Shown here: positions 48,268-60,165 of the stretch, one piece after another
Layout of the letters: every line of letters begins with the position of its first letter
Position numbering within the stretch: the stretch's first letter is position 1
DNA from: Malacoraja senta
Lineage: Eukaryota
Direction: 5' to 3'
Assembly: GCA_038087875.1 (NCBI GenBank)
Contig: CM075993.1
Location: forward strand, 12,092,001 to 12,156,000
DNA: 64,000 nt
Notes under the pieces: generated by a model
The model's input: only the letters and a program-made list of their open reading frames with translations
Database searches by the model: none
Told to the model about the DNA's origin: nothing
Program-made: the position numbers and the translations under genes

Positions 48268-50313
48268 TGTAGGGTTTTGGTTCCCTTTACTCCACTTCGG
48301 GCCCAACTGCCCGAAAAAGGGGTTCCCCTAGGTTCTAGACCTCGGAATTATGGTGGGATATGATAAAAGGTTGACTTGACCAGAGCGTGCTGATGAGAGA
48401 AAACAGAAACCAAGACGGACTCAAAGCAAGTCTAAAATTTACAGGAGGTACACAAAAATGCTGGAGAAACTCAGCGGGTGCAGCAGCATCTATGGAGCGA
48501 AGGAAATAGGTAACGTTTCGGGCCGAAAACCCTTCTTCAGACTGATAGGGGGTGGGGAGAAGAAAGGAAAAAGGAAAAGGAGGAGGAGGAGCCCGAGGGC
48601 TGGGGGAGGGGCGGAGACAACCAGATGGCTGATGAAGGGGAGGGGACAGCCCGGGCTAGCAGAATTGGGAGAATTCAACGTTCAGGCCACCAGGATGTAG
48701 ACTGCCCAAGCGGAATATGAGGTGCATTTCCTCCAATTTACGGTGTTGCTCGCTGTGGCCATGGAGGAGACCCAGGACAGAGAGGTCAGATACGGAATGG
48801 GAGGGGGAGTTGAAGTGCTGAGCCACCGGGAGTTCAGGTTGGTTATTGCGGACCGACCGGAGGTGTTCGGCGAAACGATCGCCAAGCCTCCGCTTGGTCT
48901 CACCGATGTAGATCAGCTGGCATCTAGAGCAGCGAATGCAATAGATGAGGTTGGAGGAGATGCAGGTGAACCTCTGTCGCACCTGGAACGACTGCTTGGG
49001 TCCTGGAATGGAGTGGAGGGGGAAGTGAAGGGACAAGTGTTGCATCTCTTGCGGTTGCAAGGGAAAGTACCAGGGGAGGGGGTGGTATGGGAGGGAAGGG
49101 AAGAATTGACAAGGGAGTTACGGAGGGAGCGGTCTTTGCAGAAGGCAGACATAGGGGGAGATGGGAAGATGTGGCGAGTGGTGGGGTCACGTTGGAGGTG
49201 GCGGAACTGACGGAGGATCACTTGTTGTATGTGACGGCTGGTGGGGTGAAAGGTGAGGACTAGGGGGACTCTGCCTTTGTTGTGAGTGGGGGGATGGGGA
49301 GAGAGAGCAGTGTTGCGGGGTATGGCAGAGACCCTGGTGCGAGCCTCATCTATGGTGGAGGAGGGGAACCCCCGTTCCCTGAAGAATGAGGACATTTCAG
49401 ATGCCCTGGTGTGGAACGCCTCATCCTGGGAACAGATGCGGCGTAGACGGAGGAATTGGGAGTGGGGGAGTGGAGTCCTTACAGGAAGCAGGGTGGGAAG
49501 AAGTGTAGTCCAGATAGCCATGGGAGTCGGTAGGTTTGTAGTGGATGTCGGTAAGGAGTCTATCACCTGCGATGGAGATAGTGAGGTCAAGGAATGGTCT
49601 AAACGTATGCTTTAAACTAAGACTATGGAAGGAAAACTATCGGGCACGTCGTAAAACTTACTTTACACAATTTTACAAATACACCCCTTTCCCTTTCTTC
49701 TCTCAACCTCTATCCTATTTTCGGGAATTTCACCAGGTCGTCTGGGGTACTTACAGCTAGATCGATGCAGGGTCAGGAGTCGTCCAACAGAGCAGAAAAG
49801 AGAGCGAGTTCTGGCTTGACTCCTGCTTTTTTATACCTGAGTTTCTCCCTTGAAACCCTCCAGGTGGTCCTCTGGACAAAAGGGTCTTTTGATGATTCCC
49901 AGTTTCGATCTGGCATGAACAATAGGCTTCCGATGATAAGGGGTTTGCTGATGTCACGATGCCTCAGCCTGATCGTTATCCCATCGCCTAGATGGGCTCC
50001 CATTGTCCCGATGGATAGGTCATCCACGATGGTGATTGTGCTTGCTGCTGGCCTGTTGACCACCGTCTGCTGAGGCTCGGTACCTTCCTTTGTGTTTCCA
50101 AGATAATCTCGTTATCTCCTTCTCAGCCTTTCCTGCTCACACCATTCGCATAGTGGTGTAATGCCCAGGCCCACCGACAGGTTCGAAACTGGTTCTTCCT
50201 TTGTGGATTGGGGGGTTTTCCGTTGCAGCCAGCACGTCTTTTTAAAATGTCCAGGTCCTCATCCCCAAGTTTCTTCCATAATCTTGGGGAGGATTTGCCC
50301 CCAATAACTTACA
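48268..50313 (-). mobile_element. Solo LTR (~0.9 kb, class I ERV-like) inserted in the Gypsy 3' LTR and itself split by a Penelope element
   Basis: TG...CA ends; 4-bp TSD ACAG (48264-48267, 50314-50317); TATAAAAAA on the minus strand near 49827-49835; no coding remnant. Confidence 0.78.
48437..49596 (-). mobile_element. Penelope-like (Neptune-type) element 3' portion with GIY-YIG endonuclease
   Basis: Flanking repeat GTCTAAA (48430-48436, 49597-49603); SQFLRLRRICS, FPCNRKRCNTC, NLIYCIRCSRCQLIYIGETKRRL; hammerhead-like core 48513-48540. Confidence 0.9.
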
Positions 50314-50757
50314 ACAGCCCCACCCGATCTGATCTCCAGGTCATCTGATACAGAGGTCGTCTTATTTACATATCGTCATCATGACTCATCGTCATGACAT
50401 TCCTCCTTTACCACTTAAACTTTAAATTAACATGTATTCTTTGTAATATACTTCCCAATTAAATTCTTACAAGACATATTTGTGTTTTCATTTGTGTTCC
50501 AAAAACTTACAAACCGGATGTATTACAACTACAAAACAAATGCGACTTTTTACACTCTCGTACCCTTAATAACCTCCTTGCTCATAATAAAAATATTATA
50601 ATAAACAGCATCATAATAACAGAATCATACTCTTATACACAAAATCAACGTATCGTTTGGGAATTCTCCTTTCACGTTTTGGTCTACCAGTTGGCACAGA
50701 AGCATCAGAGCCTGTTGAATCTGTCAAGGTGTTGTCACCCACACACCTTCTCTGCTC

Positions 50758-51645
50758 AAAGGACAAAGGACAAAGGACAAAGGACAAAGGACATTTATTG
50801 TCACATACACCAATTGGTGTAGTGAAATTCGACTTGCCAATGCAGCACATGAATAAAGATAATACACAACATTAAAGAATTTAACAGAATTTAACAATAA
50901 ACATAAAAACACCCCCCCACAATGGTTCCCACTGTGGGGGAAGGCAGCAAAGTCCAGTCCCCATCCCCAGTTCACCCATAGTCGGGGCCTATTGAGGCCT
51001 CTGCAGTCGCCGCTACGGCAGCCCGATGTTTCAGGCCCTCTCGCCGGATGATGGAGCTCTGGCGTCGGGTGAACACTCTCAGCGGCCCGGAGTGTCTGGA
51101 GCGGCCGCCTCCTCCCAGTAGACCACGGCTCCCGAAGTCCACGAGCCGCGCTGGTCGATGCTCCGACTTTGGCGACCTCGTCGTCAGATCCCAGGCTCCG
51201 CGGTGTTTAAAGTTCAGCGCCGCCCGCGGCTGGAAGCTCCGCAGACCGCAGCTCCGCGATGTTGGTGCCGGCGGTCACAGCACTCCGGAGCTTCCTGCAC
51301 GGCGACCCGGGTTAGGCATCACCCGCTCCACGATGGTGCTTCAGCGCTGTACCGCCGCCGAAGCTGAAGTCCTGGCCGGTCCCGGCAGGAAAACGCCGCT
51401 CCAGTCTGCCCGTAGGCCGCGAGGAAGGGGCGAAGATACGGCTCGGAGAAAAGCCGCATCTCCGACCAGGTAGGGACTGAGAAGAATAGTTTCCCCCTTT
51501 CCCCCCCCCCCCCACCCCCCACATAAAAAGAATAAAAGATCTCCAAACAAAACACTTTCAACTAACTAAAAATAAAAAAAAGGGTGAAAAGACTAACAGC
51601 TGCTGGCAGGGCAGCCATACTCGACGGCGCCCCAGGTGGTGCCGT
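50758..51645 (-). mobile_element. GC-rich non-coding retroposon with (TGTCCTT)n tail
   Basis: AATAAA plus heptamer tail at 50758-50798; body homologous to 27220-27702, 33031-33199 and 52058-52372. Confidence 0.7.
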
Positions 51646-51898
51646 CGAGTAGAGTGCTGCCTCTGGAACTCTGGTCACCACCTCATAAATGTCGTCTTGC
51701 CCCTCTGGATCTGTAACTCTTGGTGAATTTTGTGCTACCTCATATTGAGAGTCCCTGGACACGTACTTTTTGACGCTCGATACATTCCTCTTGTAAATAA
51801 CACCTTCTGGAGACTTGGCTGTCACCATGCTCCACTCCTCGATACAACATTGTATGGCTGGCAATGGTAAGGAGTGTCTATCTTACCACCATCATCTC

Positions 51899-54800
51899 GC
51901 CTCACAAACACAACATCCCCAGGCATTATTCCAGAGTGCCTGGTTCCTCGTTTCAAGTATTTTACAAGTTTACTGTCCCCCTAACTATGCAAGGTTTTAA
52001 AGAAGCCTTTTTAATGAATATATTACCACAATCCGTTTATGAAGCATCTATTTCTTTAGGGGGTGCTGTCCTGTACGGCTGCCAGTCCTGCAGCTGTCCG
52101 TTTTTTTTCACCATCACCCGGCGAGAGGGCTGAAACATCAGGCCTCCGTAGCGGCGACTGTGGAGGCCTCAATAGGCCCGGTCATGGGTGGACAAGAGGA
52201 TGGGGACTGGACTTTGTGCCTTTCCCCACAATGGGAACCATTGGTGGGGGGATGTTTTATGTTTTAATGTTAAACTTCTTCTTTAATGCTATGTTGTATT
52301 TTTATGAGTGTGCTGCAAGGACATCTGAATTTCCCCTGAGTAAGGGGATTAATAAAGTATTTATTATTAATTCTTAAAAAAGATAAAGACCCTACTGAAG
52401 TGACATCATATAGACCTATATCACTGTTAAATGTAGACTCCAAAATTCTTTCAAAAATATTACCTATGAGATTGGAAAATATTTTACCACAAATTATTTC
52501 TGAAGATCAGACAGGTTTTTATTAAAAATCCTTACTCATACTTTAATGTTCGGAGACTAATGAATATTGTATATACAGCGTCAAATAAAATTCCAGAATG
52601 TGTCATTTCACTTGATGCTGAGAAGGTATTTGATAGCGTAGAATGGAAATACTTATTCAATACACTTGAAAAATTTAAGATGGTCCAAAATTTATCTCTT
52701 GGATCAAGCTGATATATCATATACCTCAAGCTTCTGTAAGTACCAATAATCAGAGATCCCCTTTTTTCAGGCTCTTCGAGGTACCAGGCAGGGCTGTCCT
52801 TCAAGTCCTTTATTGTTCGATATCGCTTTGGAACCTCTGGCCACCGCTATTAGGGAATCCCCTAATATTTTTGGTATTGTCCGTTGAGAATAAGACACAT
52901 AAGCTATCACTTTATGCAGATGATCTGTTATTATTTATCTCTAATCCGGAAAAATCTATTCCTGCAATAGTAGCACTACTTAATCAATTTAGTCGTTTTT
53001 CTGGTTATAAACTAAATCTTAGTAAGAGTGAGCTTTTTCCATTAAACAATCAAATCTCGAATTATGGACAGTTTCCATTTAGATTGACTACTGACTGTTT
53101 TACTTATTTAGGCATTAAGATTACCAAGAAACACAAGGATCTATTTTAAGCCAATTTTATGCCCCTAATTGACCACATCAGACAACAGTTTACTAAATGG
53201 TCACCAATGTCCTTATCTCTAATTGGCCGAATCAATGCTATTAAAAAGTTTATCTTACCTAAATTTTTGTATTTATTTCAGACGATACCAATTTTTATTG
53301 CTAAATCTTTCTTTGATATTATTGACTCAAAAATTTCTTCATGTTTATGGCAGAATAAAAATACCAGACTAAGTAAAAAAATACTTAGAGAAATCAAAAA
53401 AAAGATGGTGGTTTGGCACTGCCGAACCTTAGATTTTACTGTTGGGCAGTTAATGCTCGCTATTTATCGTTTTGGACAAAAGATTTAGAAGATACCCAAT
53501 GCCCAGTATAGATAAATCTTGAACGTGATTCTATGCAAGGGCTATCATTGGCTTCTATTCTAGGGGCCTCGTTACCCTTTACAATTACGAGATTGAATAA
53601 ATATATGATTAACCCAATAATAAGACACACATTCCGAATATGGTTTCAATTTCGTACGTTTTTTGGATTGAATGATTTTATCTTATCGCGTCCTATCATA
53701 TCTAATTTTTTCTTCCAACCATCTAGTATAGATCAAGCCTTTCTGTTATGGAAGAGGAAGGGATTAGCAGTTTTTCATGACTTGTTTTTGGACGGTTGTT
53801 TTATGTCTTTTGAACAACTCTCCAATAAATATAATCTACCTAACTCACATTTCTTTAGATATATACAAATTAGACATTTTTAAGGCTACTCTACTGTCTT
53901 TCCGTTACCACATCAAACCGAAATCTTGGAATTTTTAAACATTTGAACCCTTATCAGAAAGTTTTAATAACGACTATTTATGAGCTGATTTTGAAATTAC
54001 AAATAGATACATTGGATAAAATTAAGAATGACTGGGAAAGAGAACTTCAAATTTCTCTACCTATAGAGAAATGGGAGAGGATTCTTCAATTAGTTAATAC
54101 TTCCTCAATGTGTGCAACACACGCTCTGATACAATTCAAGGTGGTTCACAGAGCTCATATGTCAAAAGATAAGTTAGCTCGTTTTTATGGTCATATAAAT
54201 CCTACCTGTGACAGATGTAACTCTGAAGTGGCCTCACTGACTCACATGTTTTGGTCTTGCCCAAATTTGGAAAAGTATTGGAAAGACATTTGTGACACTA
54301 TTTCTGTAGTCTTAGGTATTGATTTACAACCTCATCCTATTACTGCAATTTTTGGGCTACCAATGTTAGATTCTACTTATCTGTCCCGTTCTGCCCATCG
54401 GCTGATTGCTTTTACTATATTAATTGCCAGAAGATCTATTTATTTAAATGGAAAGACTCTAATCCTACTACCACACTTCATTGGTACTTTGAAACAATAT
54501 CATTTTTAAATTTAGAAAAAATTAGGAGTGACTTTGTCGAACCCTTGGTTAAATTTGATAGGACTTGGGGAACATTTTCACACGATATAAATTGTTCCCT
54601 CCCCAACCGTTATAATAATTCTTTTACCTTTATATGGTGGAACGGACTTGACAACAAACAAGGACTTAAATTGTTGAAATTCTTTGTAGGCCAGATTTTG
54701 TTTTTGATTTTTTTAGTTATGGGGATTTTGTTTTTCTCTTTTTTTTCTCTTTAAAAAAAAAAATTAAAATCTTTTTGTTTTTATATATATACAAGTTCTC

Positions 54801-55089
54801 TTTTAAGCACTTAACTATATTTACATAGAGTGTATATTTACATAGAGTGTAATTTACATAAATATATTTACATAGAGTGTAAAAAAAAGATTACATTTAC
54901 ATGGAGGCCTATACCCAATGTGTATTTTGACACTGGTCTCATTGTTAGGTTAATCTTGTTATTAATGTAATCCTGATCCCTATGTATCAATATCACTGAT
55001 ATGTTAATAATTATTGGGGGTTTTTTTGTGTTGTTTTGTTTTTGTTTTTGAAAAAAATTAATAAAAAGATTTTAAAAGAAAAAAAAGAA
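51899..55089 (+). mobile_element. 5'-truncated, decayed L1-clade LINE (ORF2 RT and Cys-rich C-terminus)
   Basis: YRPISLLNVDSKILSK, SLDAEK.FD, LYADDLLLF, YLGI, SLIGRINAIK, CDRC..HMFWSC; AATAAA plus A-rich tail; TSD ATCATCTC (51891-51898, 55090-55097). A short retroposon is inserted at ~52058-52372. Confidence 0.9.
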
Positions 55090-55170
55090 ATCATCTCCAG
55101 TGACCGCCATTTTAAAAGAAAAATATGTTACCAGCTCGAAGCCACGGATTCAGAATCCAAAATATCCAAA

Positions 55171-55908
55171 ATAGACAATAGACAATAGGTGCAGGAGTAG
55201 GCTATTCGGCCCTTCGAGCCAGCACCGCCATTCAATGTGATCATGGCTGATCATCCCCAATCAGTACCCCGTTCCTGCCTTCTCCCCATATCACCTGACT
55301 CCGCTATTTTTAAGAGCCCTATCTAGCTCTCTCTTAAAAGCATCCAGAGAACCTGCCTCCACCACCCTCTGAGGCAGAGAATTCCACAGACTCACCACTC
55401 TCTGTGAGAAAAAGTGTTTCCTCGTCTCCGTTCTAAATGGCTTACTCCTTATTCTTAAACTGTGGCCCCTGGTTCTGGACTCCCCAACATCGGGAACATG
55501 TTTCCTGTGTCTAGCGTGTCCAAACCCTTAACAATTTTTATGTTTCAATGAGATATCCTCTCATCCTTCTAAACTCCAGAGTGTACAAGCCCAGCTGCTC
55601 CATTCTCTCAGCATATGACAGTCCCGCCATCCTGGGAATTAACCTTGTAAACCTACGCTGCACTCCCTCAATAGCAAGAATGTCTTCCTCAAATTAGGGG
55701 ACCAAAACTGCACACAATACTCCAGGTGTGGTCTCACTAGGGCTCTGTACAACTGCAGAATGATCTCTTTGCTCCTATATTCGATTCCTCTTGTTATAAA
55801 GGCCAACATGCCATCATTCGCTTTCTTCACTGCCTGCTGTACCTGCATGCTTACTTTCATAGACTGATGTACAAGGAACCCCCAGATCCCGTTGTACTTC
55901 CCCTTTTC
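55171..55908 (-). mobile_element. CR1 LINE 3' fragment with 14-bp TSD
   Basis: CCAAAATATCCAAA at 55157-55170 and 55909-55922; [15 protein letters not shown]; (TCTATTG)n tail. Confidence 0.9.
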
Positions 55909-56169
55909 CCAAAATATCCAAATATCCGAATTATCCGAAATATCCTCGTCGCCAATGCCACATCCTGGCCACAGATGTGAAGTAATAATGATATCGACAC
56001 ATTATTAAGAGGTTACATTCATTGTTCTCCATGTTTATTAACTCATACAGTCACAGCTTCCATCTTGGCTTACACAGCCCCACCCGATCTGATCTCCAGC
56101 TCATCTGATACAGAGGTCGTCTTATTTACATATCATCATCATGACTCATCATCATGACATGGATTTGAT

Positions 56170-56560
56170 GGAAGGAGTTTGTGATGGAGAGTGGTTTGAT
56201 GCTGGGGGTGTGGGGAGGGGGAGGGAGCGGCGGTGGGAGGGGTGAGGGAGGGTGGTTTGATGCTGGGGGGGTGTGGGGAGGGGGAGGGAGCGGCGGGGGG
56301 AGTGGTGAGGGAGGGTGGTTTGATGCTGGGGGTGTGTGGGGAGGGGGATGGAGGGGGAGGGAGCGGCGGGGGGAGGGGTGAGGGAGGGTGGTTTGATGCT
56401 GGGGGGGTGTGGGGAGGGGTGAGGGAGGGTGGTTTGATGCTGGGGGGTGTGGGGAGGGGGAGGGGAGGGGGAGGGAGCGGCGGGGGGAGGGGTGAGGGAG
56501 GGTGGTTTGATGCTGGGGGGGTGTGGGGAGGGGTGAGGGAGGGTAGTATGATGCTTGGGG
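56170..56560. repeat. G-rich minisatellite
   Basis: About seven copies of a GGGTGAGGGAGGGTGGTTTGATGCTGGGGG..TGTGGGGAG unit of variable length. Confidence 0.9.
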
Positions 56561-57256
56561 GAGGCTGTGAGAGCAGACAGTGAGAGAGAGGTCTGTCCTC
56601 GTGTCCCCCTGTCGAGGTCAGCCTCTCTTTGCCAGAGCAGCCTCCATCACCCCTTCCTGACCGACGGGTCCCATCCATCTCACCCTCTCTTCAATCTATT
56701 GGTTCTGCTCCCCTGAGCACAAGGAGGTGAGCTTCATCGCAACCTTGCACTCTGCCCCACTTCGGGTGTGCTCCCTTTCACCCACTGTATATTCCCTCGT
56801 TCCTGCCCCTCCCTCACCAGTTGCCTCTGCTCCTCTCTATTAATACGATACCATACGATAGAACTTTATTCATCGCCGGAGGGAAGTTTGTCTGCCAACA
56901 GACACAACACACAAGGTTGTGTCGGGCCGAGCCACCTTGGTCTCAAACCATCGTTCATCGAGCTCGAGCATGCGTGGACCTGGCGTGATCTGGGCCGACT
57001 AATCAACGCCGACTGGGTGGTCAGCTGGCGGGTACAATGGACGACGGAGCTCGTCTTCACTTCGCAGTTAACACCAAAGATTCTATAGCGGAGCAAGATT
57101 AGTCCACTCGACGAAAAAGACGTAGTACGGTCATGGGCAGATTCATGGGTAATTTAAGGCCCCATTTCCGTAACCGGCTTCCGTCTCCACACCAAAGATC
57201 CCATAGGATAATAGTGCGGAGACGGAAGCCGGTTACAGAAACATCCTCGTAAAATA

Positions 57257-57456
57257 NNNNNNNNNNNNNNNNNNNNNNNNNNNNNNNNNNNNNNNNNNNN
57301 NNNNNNNNNNNNNNNNNNNNNNNNNNNNNNNNNNNNNNNNNNNNNNNNNNNNNNNNNNNNNNNNNNNNNNNNNNNNNNNNNNNNNNNNNNNNNNNNNNNN
57401 NNNNNNNNNNNNNNNNNNNNNNNNNNNNNNNNNNNNNNNNNNNNNNNNNNNNNNNN
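57257..57456. other. Assembly gap (200 N)
   Basis: Run of exactly 200 N; contiguity across it is unverified. Confidence 0.99.
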
Positions 57457-58030
57457 GGAAACAAAATTGGTTTGAAGATAGAAGACAGAGAATGGCGGTG
57501 GAGGGTTTCCTTTTAAACTGGAGGCCTGTAGTAATTGATAGTAAGTGACCAGATTGATCCCTGGGATGGCGGGACTGTCATATGAGGAAAGATTGAAAAG
57601 ACTAGGCTTGTATTCACTGGAGTTTAGAAGGATGAGGGGGGATCTTATAGAAACATATAAAATTATAAAAGGACTGGACAAGCTAGATGCAGGAAAAATG
57701 TTCCCAATGTTGGGCGAGTCCAGAACCAGGGGTCACAGTCTTAGAATAAAGGGGAGGCCATTTAAGACTGAGGTGAGAAAAAACTTTTTCACCCAGAGAG
57801 TTGTGAATTTGTGGAATTCCCTGCCACAGAGGGCAGTGGAGGCCAAGTCACTGGATGGATTTAAGAGAGAGTTAGATAGAGCTCGAGGGGCTAGTGGAGT
57901 CAAGAGATATGGGGAGAAGGCAGGCACGGGTTATTGATTGGGGACGATCAGCCATGATCACAATGAATGGCGGTGCTGTCTCGAAGGGCCGAATGGCCTC
58001 CTCCTGCACCTATGTTTCTATGTTTCTATG
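57457..58030 (+). mobile_element. CR1 LINE 3' fragment
   Basis: LSYEERLKRLGLYSLE, NFFTQRVVNLWNSLP; (TTTCTATG)n tail. Confidence 0.88.
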
Positions 58031-58277
58031 TGCTGGGTGTTATTAGAACCAGCACATATTAGAACCAGCACATCTCTCCTCAAATTGTGTTTCTTATTTT
58101 CTTTTGGTGCTCTTGAAATTGAATTCTGTCTTTGATTTGTGTACTGTGGTGTTTTTATATTGAATTTATTCCGATTATGTGTTTTGTATTTTTTTTTGTG
58201 ATTCTATGCATTGTAAGGTGTCCTTGGGTTTTAGAAAGGCGCCAGTAAATAAAATGATTATTATTATTATTATTATA

Positions 58278-60165
58278 TAGAACATAGAACAGTACAGCAC
58301 AAGAACATCCCACTGTCGAACATGATGCCAAGACCATCACTGATCTACCTGTCTCCATTCCCTGCATATCCATGTGCCTATTCAAAGGTCTCTCAAATGC
58401 CACTAACGTATGTGCCTCCACCACCAACTCCAGCAGCACATTCCAGACACTAACAACTCTGCATTAAAAAAAAGTTGCTGCGCACATCTCCTTTAAACTT
58501 TGCTCCTCCCACCTTTGCAACTCCCGGCAAAAAGAAAAAGCTGTTTAACTTTTCCATCCTGGGTAAAAGGTTCTGCCTGCCTACCCTGTCTATGCCTCTA
58601 TTTAATCCTTTGTAATACTTCTATCAGGTCTCCTCTCAACCTTCAGCGTTCCAGAGAAAACAATTCAAGTCTGTCTAACCTCTCCCTGTAGCTAATATTC
58701 ACTAATCCAAGCATCATTCTGGTGAGCAGAACTGCATACTACACTCCAAATGTGGCCTCACCAACATCTTATAAAGCTGCATCATGACTTCCTGAACGTT
58801 ATACTCACTGCCCCGACCTATGAAAGCAAGCATACCATATCCTTCTTTACCACCCTATCTCCTTGTGTTGCCACTTTCAGGGAGTTATGGACTTGGACCC
58901 CATGAACCCTCCATACATCAATGCTGTTAAAGGCCATGCCATTAATTGTATATTTCCCCCTTACATTTGGCCTCTCAAACTGCAGCCCCTCACACTTGCT
59001 CGGATTAAACTCCATCTGCCATATCTCCGCCCATTTCTGTAGCTGATCTATATCCCGCTGTATACTTTGTCAGCATTCTCACAGCCTGCGATGGTGTCAT
59101 CTGCAAACTTATTAAGCAAACCAGCTACGTTTATGTCCAAGTCTTATATGCTGTATATATCACAGACAGCTGCGGTCCCAGCATAGATCCCTGAGGAACT
59201 CCACTGCTCACAGTCCTCCGACGTGACTATTGTCCTTCCACCACAACCCACTGTCTTAAATCTGTAAGCCATTCTGAATCCATACCACCAAGTCACTGTT
59301 AATCCCATGCATCTTAATCTTCTGGATCTGCCGACCATGGAGTACTTTATCAAATGCCTAACTAAAATCCATGTATAGATCCATGTCTCTGTGACACAGT
59401 CTCCAACACTCCAGTGAGGATAAACCAATGTCTCCTTGTAAATACAGCATTCCTTGCCACACAACATCCCGGTGAATCTCTGCTACTCTCCCTCTGTTGT
59501 TGTCACATCCTTCCCAATGTTCTCTACAAGTCCCATCATGTTGCACGTGTACAAGACATTGGATAGACAATAGACAATAGACAATAGGTGCAGGAGTAGG
59601 CCAATCAAGCCAGCCATTCAATGTGATCATGGCTGATCATCCCCAATCAGTACCCCGTCCCTGCCTTCTCCCCATATCCCCAACTATCCTGAAGAGCCCT
59701 ATCTAGCTCCCTCTTGAAAGTATCCCGAGAACCGGCCTCTCGGGCAGAGAATTCCACAGACTCACCACTCTCTGTAAGAAAAAGTGTTTCCCCATCCCCG
59801 TTCTAAATGGCTTACCCCTTCTTCTTAACTGTGGCCCCTGGTTCTGGACTCCCCCAACATCGGGAACATGTTTCCTGCCTCTAGCATCTCCAAACCCTTA
59901 ATAATCTTATATGTTTCAATAAGATACCCTCTCATCATTCTAAATTCCAGACTATACAAGCCCAGCCGCTCCATTATCTCAGCATTATCTATGACAGTCC
60001 CGCCATCCCGGGAATTAACCTTGTAAACCTACTCTGCACTCCCTCAATAGCAAGAATGTCCTTCCTCAAATTTGGAGACCAAAACTGCACACAATACTCC
60101 AGGTGTGGTCTCACTAGGGCCCTGTACAACTGCAGAAAACCTCATTGCTCCTATACTCAACTCCT
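58278..60165 (-). mobile_element. Cluster of decayed CR1 fragments (58278-59375 old; 59562-60165 younger)
   Basis: MEFNPSKCE, SLKVATQ.DRVVKK; (TTCTATG)n and (TCTATTG)n tails. Confidence 0.75.

Larger units (their letters stand above)
48146..56159 (-). mobile_element. Internally deleted (TRIM-like) Gypsy element carrying multiple nested insertions
   Basis: 5' LTR 55956-56159; 3' LTR 48146-48267 plus 50318-50399; PBS TGGCGACGAGGAT (55942-55954; tRNA-Ser(GCU)-like); PPT AAAGGAGGAA at 50400-50409; integrase tail SMVTAKSPEGVIYKRNVSSVKKY...RPKRERRIPKRYVDFV. TSD imperfect (GGTAT/TGGAT). Confidence 0.85.

Noticed and set aside
47942..48363. PolyQ/polyA-like ORFs suggesting a host exon
   Set aside because: CAG-rich low complexity running into an LTR; no splice or domain support.
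56139..56678. Extensin-like Pro-rich and Gly-rich ORFs
   Set aside because: Translation of the G-rich minisatellite.
57099..57681. ORFs containing X runs
   Set aside because: They span the 200-N gap.
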